DNA of 64,000 bases from an uncultured Methanosarcinaceae archaeon (GCA_963733675.1 CAVTET010000004.1:32001-96000), one strand, 5' to 3'. Counted from the first letter of the stretch, positions 1 through 11,651 are shown. Translations and numbers: made by a program. The notes: generated by a model from the letters alone, not told the origin.

Positions 1-720
1 ATTTTTATTTATTGTTACTACTCTCAGTATATGAGGTGAAAAACATCGGCAACGTTTCGAGATAAATGATGATAAAATTTTAGTCCTTGAAAATTGGATT
101 ATATCAAAAAATGTAACGTTGTTACATGCGAATCAACAAGTGACTTTTGGATTCCTATTTATGATCAATTGATGAGACATTTACCTGTTCTAATTGGAAA
201 TGTAAGAAGTATGGGGCATTTACACACAAAAAAGCAGATGAGATATATTCAGAAGTCATTGCACAACTTGCACGGGATAAATGAGTTATTCATTCAGATT
301 TTTCCAATAAATCATAGAGAATTCCGTTCCTGTCTAATGTTCGGCTTCGACACAAACTTGTGCAAAAAAAGCAAATATCAAAAATGAAACTCACTCTATT
401 CTCACACCTTAAATGTTTAATCGAAGTTATGTGCTGAAAGATATTATTGACAAAAACAGTATCTCAATTACTAGCATAAATTTATTTAGGTAAGACTCTT
501 GACTAAATTTTAGAAAGCTTTCTACAAATATTCGTAAAAAGTGTTCAGATAGAAAGAATTTGTCAACAGAAATATCTCACAGAGTTGTAGCGTGAAAACA
601 ACATATTGGACTAAAAAATATGTTTAAATGAACCCAGTGGGAAGAAAAAAGCAAACAAGTAAAGAGAAACAAAGATAAAACTTTGACTTTGAATTTACAG
701 CAAATTTGCAATACAATCTA
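1..720 (+). pseudogene. IS110-family transposase remnant (boundaries approximate)
   Basis: ORF 94-387 contains CNVVTCESTSDFWIPIYD..LPVLIGNVRSM, resembling the N-terminal DEDD region of methanogen IS110 transposases; similarity continues in shifted frames with stops. Confidence 0.65.
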
Positions 721-758
721 CCCATTTTATAAGCGTGATTAAGTCGCTGGTTTACTAT

Positions 759-850
759 AAGCAATTTCGATAAATCTCTGATTTTCACGAATTATTTCTA
801 TACTATTATATAAGCATATGACGAAATTTAGGAATCTATCAAAATCTCCC
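759..850. mobile_element. ~92-bp MITE-like element with IS5-type TIR (copy 1 of 5)
   Basis: Ends match the ATTTCGATAAA...TTTATCGAAAT(T/C)CTCT-type inverted repeat; related copies at 38788, 41403, 46116 and 51256. Confidence 0.6.
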
Positions 851-944
851 ATCATATTACTTCTCCTCTAAATATGAAAATCTCCTTTCAACATAAAAAT
901 TAAAATATCATATTATTGATTCGAAAGCAATACTTTTTCTTCAT

Positions 945-1703
945 TTATGGCTTATTTTTTTCAGAAGTATCATACTCAGGTTTTCCTTTTTCAGTCTCAC
1001 TTGCCTCCTTCTCAAGAAATTCTTCTTCTGTGAATTCCTCATTAGGACTACCCGCATAACCTACTGGCTGAATATTCTGAACTTCTGCAAATTGGCTTAC
1101 ACTATTGGCAATAAGTTGAGGGTATTTTTCGATCTGTTCTCTTGGAATGAAACCTTCTGCTTCTGAAGATTTTATGATCTTTTCTCTTGCATCTTTTGCT
1201 GCTTTGCTTAAGTCTTCAAGCTGCTGCCTGCTTGCAATATAACCTATTTCTTCAAGTGCCAGAGCCGTCCAGAGAGTTACAACCTCCATCCTATTTGTAA
1301 CAGCACCTGACCCTATGATCTCAAGAGTGTCAACAGCACTTTTTGCAGCATCGAGCATCTGAAATTGTGCCGCCCCTTTTCCTATTTCCTGTAAAGCTTT
1401 TGAAAAAGATAAGAGTGCAGTTGAAAATTTTTTCCCTAATGTAAGTTCAGCAAGTGTTTTAAGAGCTTTCACATCAACGGATGCAACATTCTCAAATTTT
1501 TTCTGGATAGCTTTGTTCCCTATATTCCGGAGTGAAATTATGACTCCCTTTAAGTCAGTCTCCAAATTTGCCCCGAGTAACTCTTCCCCGAATTCCCTAA
1601 GGTATTCAACAACTTGAAGCGCATCGTAATCATTTTGTTGTCTTATTGCTTTCTCTCCAGTTTGTCCAAGTTCGATAGCTTTCTGTTGATTCAGTGAGAA
1701 CAT
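945..1703 (-). CDS. hypothetical alpha-helical protein with acidic tail
   Basis: 252-aa intact ORF, Ala/Leu-rich helical repeats, GGGG RBS-like sequence upstream. Confidence 0.75.
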   Translation of the reverse strand: MFSLNQQKAIELGQTGEKAIRQQNDYDALQVVEYLREFGEELLGANLETDLKGVIISLRNIGNKAIQKKFENVASVDVKALKTLAELTLGKKFSTALLSFSKALQEIGKGAAQFQMLDAAKSAVDTLEIIGSGAVTNRMEVVTLWTALALEEIGYIASRQQLEDLSKAAKDAREKIIKSSEAEGFIPREQIEKYPQLIANSVSQFAEVQNIQPVGYAGSPNEEFTEEEFLEKEASETEKGKPEYDTSEKNKP

Positions 1704-1843
1704 ATTAAAACCCCTTTACAGTAAAATTATATCAAAGATGCTTGAATTATGAGACAATAATTACTTATATAGTTTTGCTATGATATTAGTCTTACTGCTT
1801 TGTGAAAATTAATTGGTAACTGTCAATGACTGGAAATAATTCA

Positions 1844-2988
1844 GGAGGATTCCGATTTACCTTTAATTTTGCTCTTTGTGGGATTCCTGTCTAACTCTTT
1901 CTCGCTAATTTATGTTTTTGACCCGATTTTTTCTTTTCTGGGTTATCATTCTTTGATTTTGAATACAGCTCCCGCTATCCTAAAGATACTCTTTTTATTT
2001 CCAACCTCGTAAAATAATAGACATTATGAAAAAAAGCTATACAAAATCTTCAGACTCACTCTTTGAACAGTAGTAACAAGAATTTTCTCTACTTTAAATA
2101 TCTTTTTAGTTACTACATAAACTCGTTCCACTTTAGCTTTTTTTGAGCTGATCCTCTGGTTTCTTAATATATCATCCATTCACTTAGGATGTACTTTTAA
2201 TGCTATTTTCATTGTTGAATTATAACTTTTGATTTTGTTTCAAAGTATCCTTTATCTCTGTAAACCACTTCATTTTTGTCTGATGAATTTACCTGAGAAT
2301 CATAAAGTGCTGATAGCGTTGTTTTGAATCTTCTGATCAACTCATGATCCCTGTCTATTATGCTATAAAATTTAAACCTAAAATGTAACTTACCACCCTT
2401 TTTTGTGTAGGTTTTAGCTCTTTACCTTTTTATTTTTGCCTCATTTTCCCGAGGTCTATCCTCTTTTGCATGTTCAGGATCTGAATAAATAAAAACGGCG
2501 TCCTAAATCATTCTCGTTTTTATTTTCAAACCAAGGCAATTAATTGGCTTTGCAACTGTCTCAATATTATATTTCCTTGCAGTTATCAATAATCTTATCT
2601 CTTAATGACCAAACTATGGTAATGTCTTGTATATACTCAGGAAAACCAATAAAATTGTTGAAAAAAATTCAATCAATAAATTAGTTCTCAAGTTCAAAGT
2701 CTGAAAGACCATGCAATTGCTGTAAAAAAGTATCTTAAATATAATGACTACTTCAGATTCAGGTCTGTCTCAGAAAATTATTTTGTTAAAATATATGAAC
2801 TTAAAAATGATACGAAAAGATTTTCAATCATTTAAGAAAATTAATTTTAGCAGTTTGTCTCTATGACTGAAGACCGTTATATTTTTCTTAAGACCAAAAG
2901 CAGTATAATTTCTTATGAGTAAAAATTATTACGAAGAGATTTAAACTTTCCATTGCTCAAATGAATAGAAGTTTAATGAAAATTCTCT
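1844..2988 (-). mobile_element. decayed IS5-family element
   Basis: Minus-strand translation gives RPESEVVIIFKILFLQQLHGLS (IS5 N-terminal motif) with many stops and frameshifts; end TTTAATGAAAATTCTCT; homologous to 56590-57415. Confidence 0.75.
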
Positions 2989-3908
2989 CATCATTATCGG
3001 TGGATTAAAATTTCTCCGTTTCAATCATTGGAAAAATTTGAGAATTTGGAATACTGCTGAAAAAAAGTAAGTCTTTTTGATACAAGATTTAAGTTAACAA
3101 AACTTGAACATCAGTGAAATCGTCAAACAAACAGGTTTTGACAAAAAAACTGCATGAAAATACCTCCAGCTGAAAACCTCGCCAGAAACACAGAAAAGTT
3201 CCGGAAGAAAAAGCAAGTATAATCCTTTCAAGCTCACCTTTCTGAGAAATTTGATAAAATTATATATATTTCTTTTTGACTTTATAGAAAATCAAATAAA
3301 TTAGTCTTGGAGAGGAAAAACTACTTCAGAAAACTTCATAAAATGGGTTAGACCTATACAAAACGTCTCTGCCGTACTTCGCTATGAAACCAAAACAGGA
3401 AATTAAGGTATGTATTGACTGGATAAAGATGGCAGCAGTTTAAATGGACAAAAAGATAAAGAGATTTATTGCTTCAACATTATTCATAATTATTCAGGGG
3501 AATAGTTTGAATTTACACCGAGCATAGATACCTTCACTCTAATCAAATATCACTAGAATTCATTTGAGTACTTTGGAGGATATACACAGGACATCAACAA
3601 AACCTTCAAAAACGATGACATTTCGTTTCTTGGGGAGAGTATTCTATTCCTTACAGATTTGAAGGAAGAATATCCGAAATTCAAATATTTGAAGAAAAAT
3701 CAGAGGTTTATTTAGATTACAATAACTTACGAAATATTAGATCTCCCAAGAAACGAGAGTTTCGAGAAAGAAGAAATATTTTCAGAATATACATAGTGAA
3801 GTTTATAAAAGAAAATTCAAATTCATGAAAAACTCACCGACACAATTGAAGTTATCAGGTAATGAATCTGAAAAGAGGCTTATTGCAGTCTATTAAACTA
3901 TTATTGAC
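2989..3908 (+). mobile_element. decayed IS21-family element (istA remnant); left tip probably at 1821-1843
   Basis: Fragments translate as NISEIVKQTGFDKKTA..YLQLKTSPETQKSSGRKSK and AVLRYETK (IstA HTH and core); TGTCAATGAC at 1821 and TATTGAC at ~3902 resemble IS21 TGT/ACA ends. Confidence 0.65.
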
Positions 3909-3924
3909 GGAGGTTTTGGATACG

Positions 3925-4062
3925 ACATTTTGCAGATGTGCACATATATAAAATTTATTTACCTGTTTGGCCATTATTCCTCATTGAAAGTTAGAGTAAT
4001 ATTTAAGCTACTGTTATATTGAGAAAATAAATGATATTTTTGTGCACATCTGCGAATGTAGG
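3925..4062. mobile_element. ~135-bp MITE-like element
   Basis: Inverted ends ACATTTTGCAGATGTGCACA / TGTGCACATCTGCGAATGT; diverged second copy at 62253-62391. Confidence 0.65.
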
Positions 4063-4063
4063 G

Positions 4064-4666
4064 TTAAACAGCAGTTTGTGTTTTTTTGTAATTTCTGGAG
4101 ATCTTCAGGAAATTTTCAATTATTTTCAATCCCTCTGGAGTAAGTACGGATTCTGGATGGAACTGCAAGCCATAGATAGGATACTGCACATGTTCGACTG
4201 CCATGATACTCCCGTCTTCCGCACGCGCAGTAACCTTAATTCCAGGTGCAGGTTCGCCGATCTCAAGGGAGTGATAACGGCCTGCCTCAAATTGGTCTCG
4301 GAGGGCTGTAAACAATGCAGATTCGGTATGAAGAATCTTTGAACTTTTACCATGCACCGGTCCGACTTTACTCCTTCTTACCAACCCACCGAAAGCCACG
4401 TTAATTGCCTGGTGCCCTAGGCAGACTCCAAGAAGAGGAATTTCTCGACCCATTTCTCTGATTATTTCCAGGCAATTGCCTATATCCTTTGGGTCAGAAG
4501 GACTTCCAGGTCCTGGAGAAATGACCAAAGCATCAGGTTTTATCTCCCTTAGTTCATCTAAGGAAACCGTGTTAGGAAGGACCAGTGTATCTTTTTCAAA
4601 GTAAGAAATGTAGTCTACGAGGTTCCATACAAAGGAATCCTTGTTATTTATGAAAACAACCTTCAA
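4064..4666 (-). CDS. trpG: anthranilate synthase component II (glutamine amidotransferase)
   Basis: ISPGPG, GVCLGHQ, RYHSL and QFHPES motifs. Confidence 0.95.
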   Translation of the reverse strand: MKVVFINNKDSFVWNLVDYISYFEKDTLVLPNTVSLDELREIKPDALVISPGPGSPSDPKDIGNCLEIIREMGREIPLLGVCLGHQAINVAFGGLVRRSKVGPVHGKSSKILHTESALFTALRDQFEAGRYHSLEIGEPAPGIKVTARAEDGSIMAVEHVQYPIYGLQFHPESVLTPEGLKIIENFLKISRNYKKTQTAV

Positions 4667-5026
4667 CTTAAAATGCCTCCTAATCTTATTTATTTACAAA
4701 CCCAAATTAAGTAGAATCATAAACTTGATTACGCATGGATGGGCTTTATGCTTCTGTTTTTCCTACACAATTAAAAGTTAGATCTTATGTTCTTTGACTT
4801 CAACATTTTTTACTTGATACATTCTATTGATAAATACGTTTTTTGTAATAATAATACTGTGTCAGTTGGCAGAATTAATCTAATTTGGGTTACGAATCAT
4901 TTCCTCTGATTTTGTTCTTGTCTTGTCTTTTTTTTGAATTCTTTTATCTGAACTTATCTTCTCTAAAATGCTCCTATCTAAAAATTAATTAATACATCAC
5001 ATCCCAGGTTTATTGACTATAATACC

Positions 5027-6682
5027 TCAAAGTTCTCCGGTAATAGCCGCCAACATTGCTGCCATCTTTCGTTCAGTTTCCATAAATTCGTATCCTGGAT
5101 CTGAATCTGCTACAATTCCTGCCCCTGCCTGCACTGAAGCTTTTTTGCCTTGTAAAACCACGGTACGGATCACAATTGCAAAATCTGCATCTCCGTTCCA
5201 ACTGTAATATCCAACTCCACCACCGTAAATTCCCCTTGGAGTGGGTTCAAGTTCGGAAATAATCTCCATGGCACGAATTTTCGGAGCTCCAGAAAGAGTT
5301 CCTGCCGGAAATACTGCCCTGAAAGCGTCGAACTGATCACATTCTGGCCTTAAGGTTCCTGAAACTGTGCTTTCTATGTGCTGGACATGGGAATACTTCA
5401 AGACTTCCATGAATCCTGAAACCCTCACTGACCCACTTTCAGCAACCATTCGTACATCATTTCTCCCTAGGTCGACAAGCATTACATGTTCAGCCCTTTC
5501 CTTTTCATCATTTAGCATATGAGAAGCCAAGGTACCATCCTCTGCATCGGATTTCCCACGCGGACAAGTGCCTGCAATTGGATTTGTGATTACCATCCTT
5601 TTATGTACAGTCAGTAAAGTTTCAGGACTTGCACCGACAATTGCCAGTTCTCCAAACTCGAATATGTACATGTAAGGACTCGGATTTATTTTTCGAAGCT
5701 GAATATAGAGTTCAAAAGGAGACTTTTCAAGGTTGAATTCACATTTCCTGGAAAGAACTACCTGGAAGATATCCCCTACAAAAATGTGCTCTTTTGCCTG
5801 AAGTACAGAAATCTCGAACTTTCTTCGATCAGTATCACAGACAGGAGCAAGTGAGCCTAAAGCTGTTGATACAACCGGAACTATTGTTTCGATTGACTCC
5901 CCATACTGGGCAGCTTCCTTGAGTGTGAAGCTAAGTCTTTCTGCCTCCATAAGTGCCTGTTTATAAATATCTCCGGTATCTGAATCCGGATTTACTAAAG
6001 GAGTTACTACTATGTAGATCTCATCAGTCAGATGATCGAACACAAAAGTTTTTGAGACTAATAAGTACTGAAGTTCAGGAATCTCGGACTTAAAGCCTTT
6101 TTCAACCCCAAGCCAGCTTTCGTAAATTGCATCATAAGCTGTATAACCGATAGCTCCACCCAGGAAAGTATGCCTATCAAAACGTTTCGCATTTAAGAGT
6201 TCAATTCCATTTGCAGTAGGAAAAGCCAGGCGAAGTGCATCGAATGCATCTTTCCCTTTGGGAATTGAAGCCATAAACTTTTCTTTATTCAGTTCTGCAG
6301 CATCTCTCCCCTGATTCTCTGTTCTCATGGTTTCAGGGCCGCAGCTACTCTCTATTTTCGATCGGATGATTTCAAAAAAAGCGGAAGCTTTTGGGTTTAA
6401 GAGTTCAATTGAAATTTTTTGATCACTTATTTTAAGCACTGCGTCAGGGTCGTTTCCAACAAATGAGTATCTTGCCTTGATTGCTTGTTTTTCCACGGAT
6501 TCCAGCAGATAAGAGTATCCTGAAGTCCCTGAAGCTCGCAGGGTGCTGTAAAGATCTAGAGGAGAGCAGGTCATAGAGCCTGTATCAACTCTTGCAAGTA
6601 GTTGGATAAGGCAGGGTTGCTTTATCCCTGAAACGAGATTTTCGAATTCTTCTTTTCCAAGATCAAAGGAAAGCATTAGCAC
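5027..6682 (-). CDS. trpE: anthranilate synthase component I
   Basis: YLLES, NPSPYM, KERAEHVMLVDLGRND and GAPKIRAMEII motifs. Confidence 0.95.
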   Translation of the reverse strand: MLMLSFDLGKEEFENLVSGIKQPCLIQLLARVDTGSMTCSPLDLYSTLRASGTSGYSYLLESVEKQAIKARYSFVGNDPDAVLKISDQKISIELLNPKASAFFEIIRSKIESSCGPETMRTENQGRDAAELNKEKFMASIPKGKDAFDALRLAFPTANGIELLNAKRFDRHTFLGGAIGYTAYDAIYESWLGVEKGFKSEIPELQYLLVSKTFVFDHLTDEIYIVVTPLVNPDSDTGDIYKQALMEAERLSFTLKEAAQYGESIETIVPVVSTALGSLAPVCDTDRRKFEISVLQAKEHIFVGDIFQVVLSRKCEFNLEKSPFELYIQLRKINPSPYMYIFEFGELAIVGASPETLLTVHKRMVITNPIAGTCPRGKSDAEDGTLASHMLNDEKERAEHVMLVDLGRNDVRMVAESGSVRVSGFMEVLKYSHVQHIESTVSGTLRPECDQFDAFRAVFPAGTLSGAPKIRAMEIISELEPTPRGIYGGGVGYYSWNGDADFAIVIRTVVLQGKKASVQAGAGIVADSDPGYEFMETERKMAAMLAAITGEL

Positions 6683-7379
6683 ACCTCACTTCTTCAATAA
6701 AGCTTTTGATTTTCAGAGAATCTTTTTTCCCGAAGACCTCTACCCCTGAGGCCGTGTCTACAGCATAAGGGGAAACAGCCTTTATAGCTTCCTGTACATT
6801 TTCAGGCTTTAGCCCTCCTGCAAGGATAATAGGAAGCCTGGTTTCGTCAGCAATTCTCCTGCTCAGGGTCCAGTCGTGCACACAACCAGTTCCACCGGAT
6901 TTTCCTGACTTTTCTGTATCGAGGAGGATGGAATCTACAACCGCTGTTTCTTCCAGCAGGCTGACTTGCTCTAGAAGATCAAAAACAAAGGTAGAATTCT
7001 CTAATTTTTCTAATGAAATCTCATCATGTGCGGCTACGTAAAGAGTCTTTATGATGGGAATGTCGATATTTTCCTTTATTAATTCAAGTTCGGAAAGTGG
7101 AAGCTTGGAATGAATTTGCACAATATCGGGTCTTACTTTTTCGATAAGTTCCAGACACCTAGCTGAATTTTCTGGCATAATAACAAGCACTGAATCTAGG
7201 CACCTTGGAACTTCAGAAACGAGGAAATTAGCAGTGCTGTAATCAAGATTTCTTGGGCTTTCAACAGGAACTTCCGTTATAAAGCCAACTGCATCAGCTC
7301 CATAACGAGCTGCGAGCTCTATTTCCTCTGGGGTACGGATTCCACAGATTTTTATCCTGGTTTTTGGTTTCGTTTTCAT
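6663..7379 (-). CDS. trpF: phosphoribosylanthranilate isomerase
   Basis: KICGI, GGTG and LAGGL..ENV..AVDTASGVE motifs. Confidence 0.95.
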   Translation of the reverse strand: MKTKPKTRIKICGIRTPEEIELAARYGADAVGFITEVPVESPRNLDYSTANFLVSEVPRCLDSVLVIMPENSARCLELIEKVRPDIVQIHSKLPLSELELIKENIDIPIIKTLYVAAHDEISLEKLENSTFVFDLLEQVSLLEETAVVDSILLDTEKSGKSGGTGCVHDWTLSRRIADETRLPIILAGGLKPENVQEAIKAVSPYAVDTASGVEVFGKKDSLKIKSFIEEVRCANAFL

Positions 7380-8476
7380 ACTTTTTTCCCCGAATTCTGG
7401 CTTGATATGGAAATGATGGGAGATGCAAAACTTTTTTCCCCCTGGGAAGTACCTTCAAAATTTTGTCTGTAAAGCCCGGGTATAAAAGTCCTGAATTGAT
7501 TGAACTTGACCATAACCTTCCCACTGTCAATAGCATCTTCAGCAATAGGAATTGCTTGCCTGATTGAACCTACTATTCCACTCACATAAAGAGCAGCAGC
7601 TGCATTAATGACTACCAGATCCCTTTTCGGACCTTTCTGCCCCTTGAAGATGCCCAATAGATCCCTGGCATTTTCTTGAGGGGACCCACCGATAATATCT
7701 CCTGGACTTGCTTTTAGAATACCAAGAGACTCTGGGGTTAGAGTATAAGTTGAAACAATACCGTTTTTTAATTCCGCAACAAATGTCTCACCTATGTTTG
7801 AGATCTCGTCCATCCCATCTCCATGCACTACCAGCGCCTGCTCAATTCCAAGTTCTGCAAGAGCATATGCTATCGGTTCGCATAGTCTTTTATCAAAAAC
7901 TCCTATTACCTGGCCTTTAACGCCTGCAGGATTTGTCAAAGGCCCAAGGATATTGAAGACCGTACGGACCCCAAGTTTTTTTCTGATTCCAGCAACTCGC
8001 TTCATTGTAGGGTGGAAGACTGGAGCAAACATGAACCCTATACCTATTTCTTCTATTGCCCTTCTGACATGTTCCGGAGCCTGGTAAACCATGATACCCA
8101 GGGCTTCAAGCACGTCCGAACTTCCTGACATTGATGAAACAGCCCGGTTTCCGTGTTTAGCTATCGGAACACCTGCTGCCGCGGTCACGATTGCTGCCGC
8201 TGTTGACACATTGATAGTATTAAGACCATCTCCCCCAGTCCCGCAAGTATCCACAAGCCTGAAAGTTACTCTGGGTTTGATTGTATGAGCTGCTTTCTTC
8301 ATGCCCCTCACAAAACCTGTGATTTCTTCGGATTTTTCACCTTTTGCCTTCAAAGCAAGCAGAAATTCTCCAATCTCGTCATCCTTAGCCGTACTTAGAA
8401 TTAATCCTATTGCATTTTCAGCTTCTTCAGAACTTAGATCACGTCCTTCGTTCAATTTTTTTATGTATCTTTCCAT
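7376..8476 (-). CDS. trpD: anthranilate phosphoribosyltransferase
   Basis: DTCGTGGDG, KHGNR and FNILGPLTNP motifs. Confidence 0.95.
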   Translation of the reverse strand: MERYIKKLNEGRDLSSEEAENAIGLILSTAKDDEIGEFLLALKAKGEKSEEITGFVRGMKKAAHTIKPRVTFRLVDTCGTGGDGLNTINVSTAAAIVTAAAGVPIAKHGNRAVSSMSGSSDVLEALGIMVYQAPEHVRRAIEEIGIGFMFAPVFHPTMKRVAGIRKKLGVRTVFNILGPLTNPAGVKGQVIGVFDKRLCEPIAYALAELGIEQALVVHGDGMDEISNIGETFVAELKNGIVSTYTLTPESLGILKASPGDIIGGSPQENARDLLGIFKGQKGPKRDLVVINAAAALYVSGIVGSIRQAIPIAEDAIDSGKVMVKFNQFRTFIPGLYRQNFEGTSQGEKSFASPIISISSQNSGKKV

Positions 8477-8580
8477 TTTCCCGCCACCTTTAGAAACCCA
8501 TATTCACCTTCTCTAGTTTTTTCCAAATATATTCGCTTTTATGAATTTTCTTATTTTTCTGTATTTCACCTTTTTCAGCT

Positions 8581-9372
8581 TTAGCTGGCATTCAGTATAC
8601 TATATTTGAGATCTCTTGCAAGAGATTCCAGCTTTTCATTCACATTTTGTCCTTCTTCGATAATCCTAACAAAAGCCGAGCCGACTATGACAGCATCTGC
8701 TCCTGCTTTTATAACTTCATTAGCCTGCCTTCCCGTGGATATCCCGAATCCCACCGCTTTTGGAAGTTCTGTTTCTACTCTAGAAAGTAATTCATTAGTA
8801 GAAGATGAAACATCTTCCCTGGTTCCTGTGACTCCAAGCCTTGAGACAAGGTACAGGAAACCAGAGCCTCTTTCCAGAATCTTCCCAACTCTTTCATCAG
8901 TTGTCGTGGGAGCAATCAAAAAAATTAGGTCAAGACCATTCTTTTCACAACTATTCTTCAGATCAGCTGTCTCTTCTACCGGAATATCTGGTATGATCAA
9001 GCCGCTAATCCCAGAGTCTGCGGCTCGTTCTATAAATTTTACTACCCCGTACCTGAACACAGGGTTGTAGTAGGTCATGCACACAAGAGGAACCGTAACA
9101 TCAAGATCTTTGATAAGATTAAAATAGCGCTGGATGCTCATGCCTGCTGCAAGCGCTCTTTGACCTGCTGCCTGGATGGTTAAGCCGTCGGCTACAGGAT
9201 CCGAAAAAGGAAAACCAATTTCTATGATATCTGCGCCTCCATTTACCAGGGCTTTTACAATCTCACCGGTTGCCTCCACAGAAGGATCTCCTGCCATTAC
9301 ATAGCAGATTAAACCTCCTTCCTTTCTTTCCCTGAGCTCGCCGAATTTTTCTGAGATCGTTTGCCTTCTCAT
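8581..9372 (-). CDS. trpA: tryptophan synthase alpha chain
   Basis: GFPFSDPVADG, GVTG and VGFGIS motifs. Confidence 0.95.
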   Translation of the reverse strand: MRRQTISEKFGELRERKEGGLICYVMAGDPSVEATGEIVKALVNGGADIIEIGFPFSDPVADGLTIQAAGQRALAAGMSIQRYFNLIKDLDVTVPLVCMTYYNPVFRYGVVKFIERAADSGISGLIIPDIPVEETADLKNSCEKNGLDLIFLIAPTTTDERVGKILERGSGFLYLVSRLGVTGTREDVSSSTNELLSRVETELPKAVGFGISTGRQANEVIKAGADAVIVGSAFVRIIEEGQNVNEKLESLARDLKYSILNAS

Positions 9373-9373
9373 T

Positions 9374-10642
9374 TTAGATTCCTCTCTTCAAGTTCAGGAC
9401 GGTTTCCAGATCTTTGTCCCCTCTTCCGGAAAGATTTACAACCACAATATCCCCTAATTCTCCGTTTTCCGTCGCCTTTTTCAGGTAAGCAAGAGCGTGA
9501 GAAGATTCCAGAGCAGGAATGATTCCTTCAAGCCGGCTCAGTTCATGAAAAGCCTCAACTGCTTCATCATCAGTAGCGTAAAGGGCTGTAACCCGATGGG
9601 TTTCAGATAGGTAGGCTAGTTCAGGCCCAACCCCTGAATAGTCCAGTCCGGCAGAAACAGATTCTGATTCAAGGATCTGTCCATTTTTATCTTGTAGCAC
9701 CTTTGTTAGAGCTCCATGTAGGATTCCTTCTTCTCCAGCACAGAGGCAGGCCGAGTGAAAGGCTGCTTTTTCTGTACATTTCAAGCCTTTTCCTCCGGCT
9801 TCAACGGCAATGAGTTTAACCTCTTTATCGTCGACAAAGGGATGGAAAATTCCCATTGCGTTGCTTCCGCCACCAGCGCAAGCAATAATTGAATCAGGCA
9901 TACGTCCTTCCTTTTCCAGTATTTGTTCCTTCACCTCGCGTCCAATAACGCTTTGAAAATCCCTTACTATCATAGGATAGGGATAAGGCCCCACAACCGA
10001 ACCTATTAGGTAATGAGTATTGACTATATTTGTGACCCAGTCCCTGAATGCCTCATTGATCGCGTCCTTGAGAGTCTTTGAGCCTGTATATATGGCTTTT
10101 ACCTCAGTGCCCATGAGTTTCATTCGATATGCATTCATCTGTTGACGTTTGACATCTTTAGCACCCATGTATACAATAGTTTCAAACCCAAGGTTTGCCC
10201 CTACCATGGCAGTTGCAGTTCCATGCTGGCCTGCACCGGTTTCTGCGATCAGCCTGGTCTTACCCATATATTTTGCGAGCAAGGCCTGTCCAATGGCATT
10301 GTTTAACTTATGAGCCCCTCCGTGAACCAAATCTTCGCGCTTTAGATAGATTTTTGACCCGTATTTTTTGCTCAGGTTTCGGGCAAAATAAAGGGGTGTT
10401 TTCCTACCTGCAAAGTCTCGCAGATAATGATCAAGCTCTGCAATAAATTTGATGTCATTTTTGTACCGTTCGTATCCCTTTTCAAGTTCCTCTAGTGCCG
10501 GCATGAGGACTTCAGGTACGTACTGTCCCCCGTATTTGCCATATTTTCCTCTAACCTGGGTTGTATTGCCGGTTTTCGAACTTGCAAGTTCATTTGAGTA
10601 AGAACCCCTTGTATGCGATTCTGAAACGTTAGTTTCTGCCAA
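9374..10642 (-). CDS. trpB: tryptophan synthase beta chain (start uncertain)
   Basis: [20 protein letters not shown] and NLSGRGDKD motifs. Confidence 0.95.
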   Translation of the reverse strand: MAETNVSESHTRGSYSNELASSKTGNTTQVRGKYGKYGGQYVPEVLMPALEELEKGYERYKNDIKFIAELDHYLRDFAGRKTPLYFARNLSKKYGSKIYLKREDLVHGGAHKLNNAIGQALLAKYMGKTRLIAETGAGQHGTATAMVGANLGFETIVYMGAKDVKRQQMNAYRMKLMGTEVKAIYTGSKTLKDAINEAFRDWVTNIVNTHYLIGSVVGPYPYPMIVRDFQSVIGREVKEQILEKEGRMPDSIIACAGGGSNAMGIFHPFVDDKEVKLIAVEAGGKGLKCTEKAAFHSACLCAGEEGILHGALTKVLQDKNGQILESESVSAGLDYSGVGPELAYLSETHRVTALYATDDEAVEAFHELSRLEGIIPALESSHALAYLKKATENGELGDIVVVNLSGRGDKDLETVLNLKRGI

Positions 10643-10844
10643 TTCAACTACCTCTTGTCTATAAGTGTATTAAATATAGCTTGATTTATGATCTCTTGAC
10701 TTCTGGTATCAAAATTTCTGTTATCTTAATTTCTTGTAATGTGATTGTATGATATTTATGAAGCAGAATTCAATTTTAAAGTGGAGGCGAATTTTTCAAT
10801 CTTGATTCCACCAAGAGGCAGATTTCAGAAAATTAACAAAACAG

Positions 10845-11651
10845 TTATTCACGCCAGCAAAGACTCTGAACTAATTCTTCAGTTGTTTCAAAAACAGAGT
10901 CGCTTTCCATAATCGCAGACCCTATCAATACAGCATCTGCTCCAACCTGGATAACTCTCCTAATATCTTCTGCGTTATTCATCCCGCTCTCACTTATAAT
11001 GAGATGTCTGGTCCCATGGTTAACGTCGTACTCTCGGATGAGGGGGGCAAGCTCTTCTGTAGTAGCTAAATCGATTTTAAGTGTCTCAAGACTTCGGTTG
11101 TTAATCCCAATAATCCTTGTGATGGTTTTCAGTGCAAGCTCAAGCTCGGCTCTGTTATGAACTTCAACCAGCGGTTCAAATCCCTTTTGAAGAGTAAGTT
11201 CGACAAAGGTCAGTAGCTCTTTCCCAAGGATACCTGCAATTAGGAGCACCAGATCGCTCTCTACTTCCTCAAGCTGCCTTCTGTCAATAATAAAATCCTT
11301 CCTAAGGACAGGCAAGAATATATTTTCTCTCACTGCATTCAAATTTTCAAGTGAGCCCCGAAAAACTCCTGGCTCTGTTAAAACCGAAATTGCAACAGCT
11401 CCAGCCTGTTCCATCTCCCGTGCAAGCCTTACAGCTGTTGCAGGCAAAATATCTCTGAAAACTTTACCCGGAGATGCAGGTTTGATCTCCGCAATTACTG
11501 GTATTAACCCTTCAGCCTTTGCACTTTCAACCGCAGAGAGGAAATTCCTTTTCTCAAATTGTATTCCAATATATTCAGAGCATTTATGCGGTCCTAAAGC
11601 CTGAAGGCGTGTTTTTGTTGTGGTTAGGATGTGGAGGATAGTGGCGTGCAT
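10845..11651 (-). CDS. trpC: indole-3-glycerol phosphate synthase
   Basis: IAEIKPASP, LRKDFI, GINNR and ISESG motifs; ATG at 11651. Confidence 0.93.
   Translation of the reverse strand: MHATILHILTTTKTRLQALGPHKCSEYIGIQFEKRNFLSAVESAKAEGLIPVIAEIKPASPGKVFRDILPATAVRLAREMEQAGAVAISVLTEPGVFRGSLENLNAVRENIFLPVLRKDFIIDRRQLEEVESDLVLLIAGILGKELLTFVELTLQKGFEPLVEVHNRAELELALKTITRIIGINNRSLETLKIDLATTEELAPLIREYDVNHGTRHLIISESGMNNAEDIRRVIQVGADAVLIGSAIMESDSVFETTEELVQSLCWRE

Noticed and set aside
4667-5026. Attenuator or small gene in the 360-bp trpE-trpG gap
   Set aside because: No Trp-rich leader ORF or convincing hairpin seen
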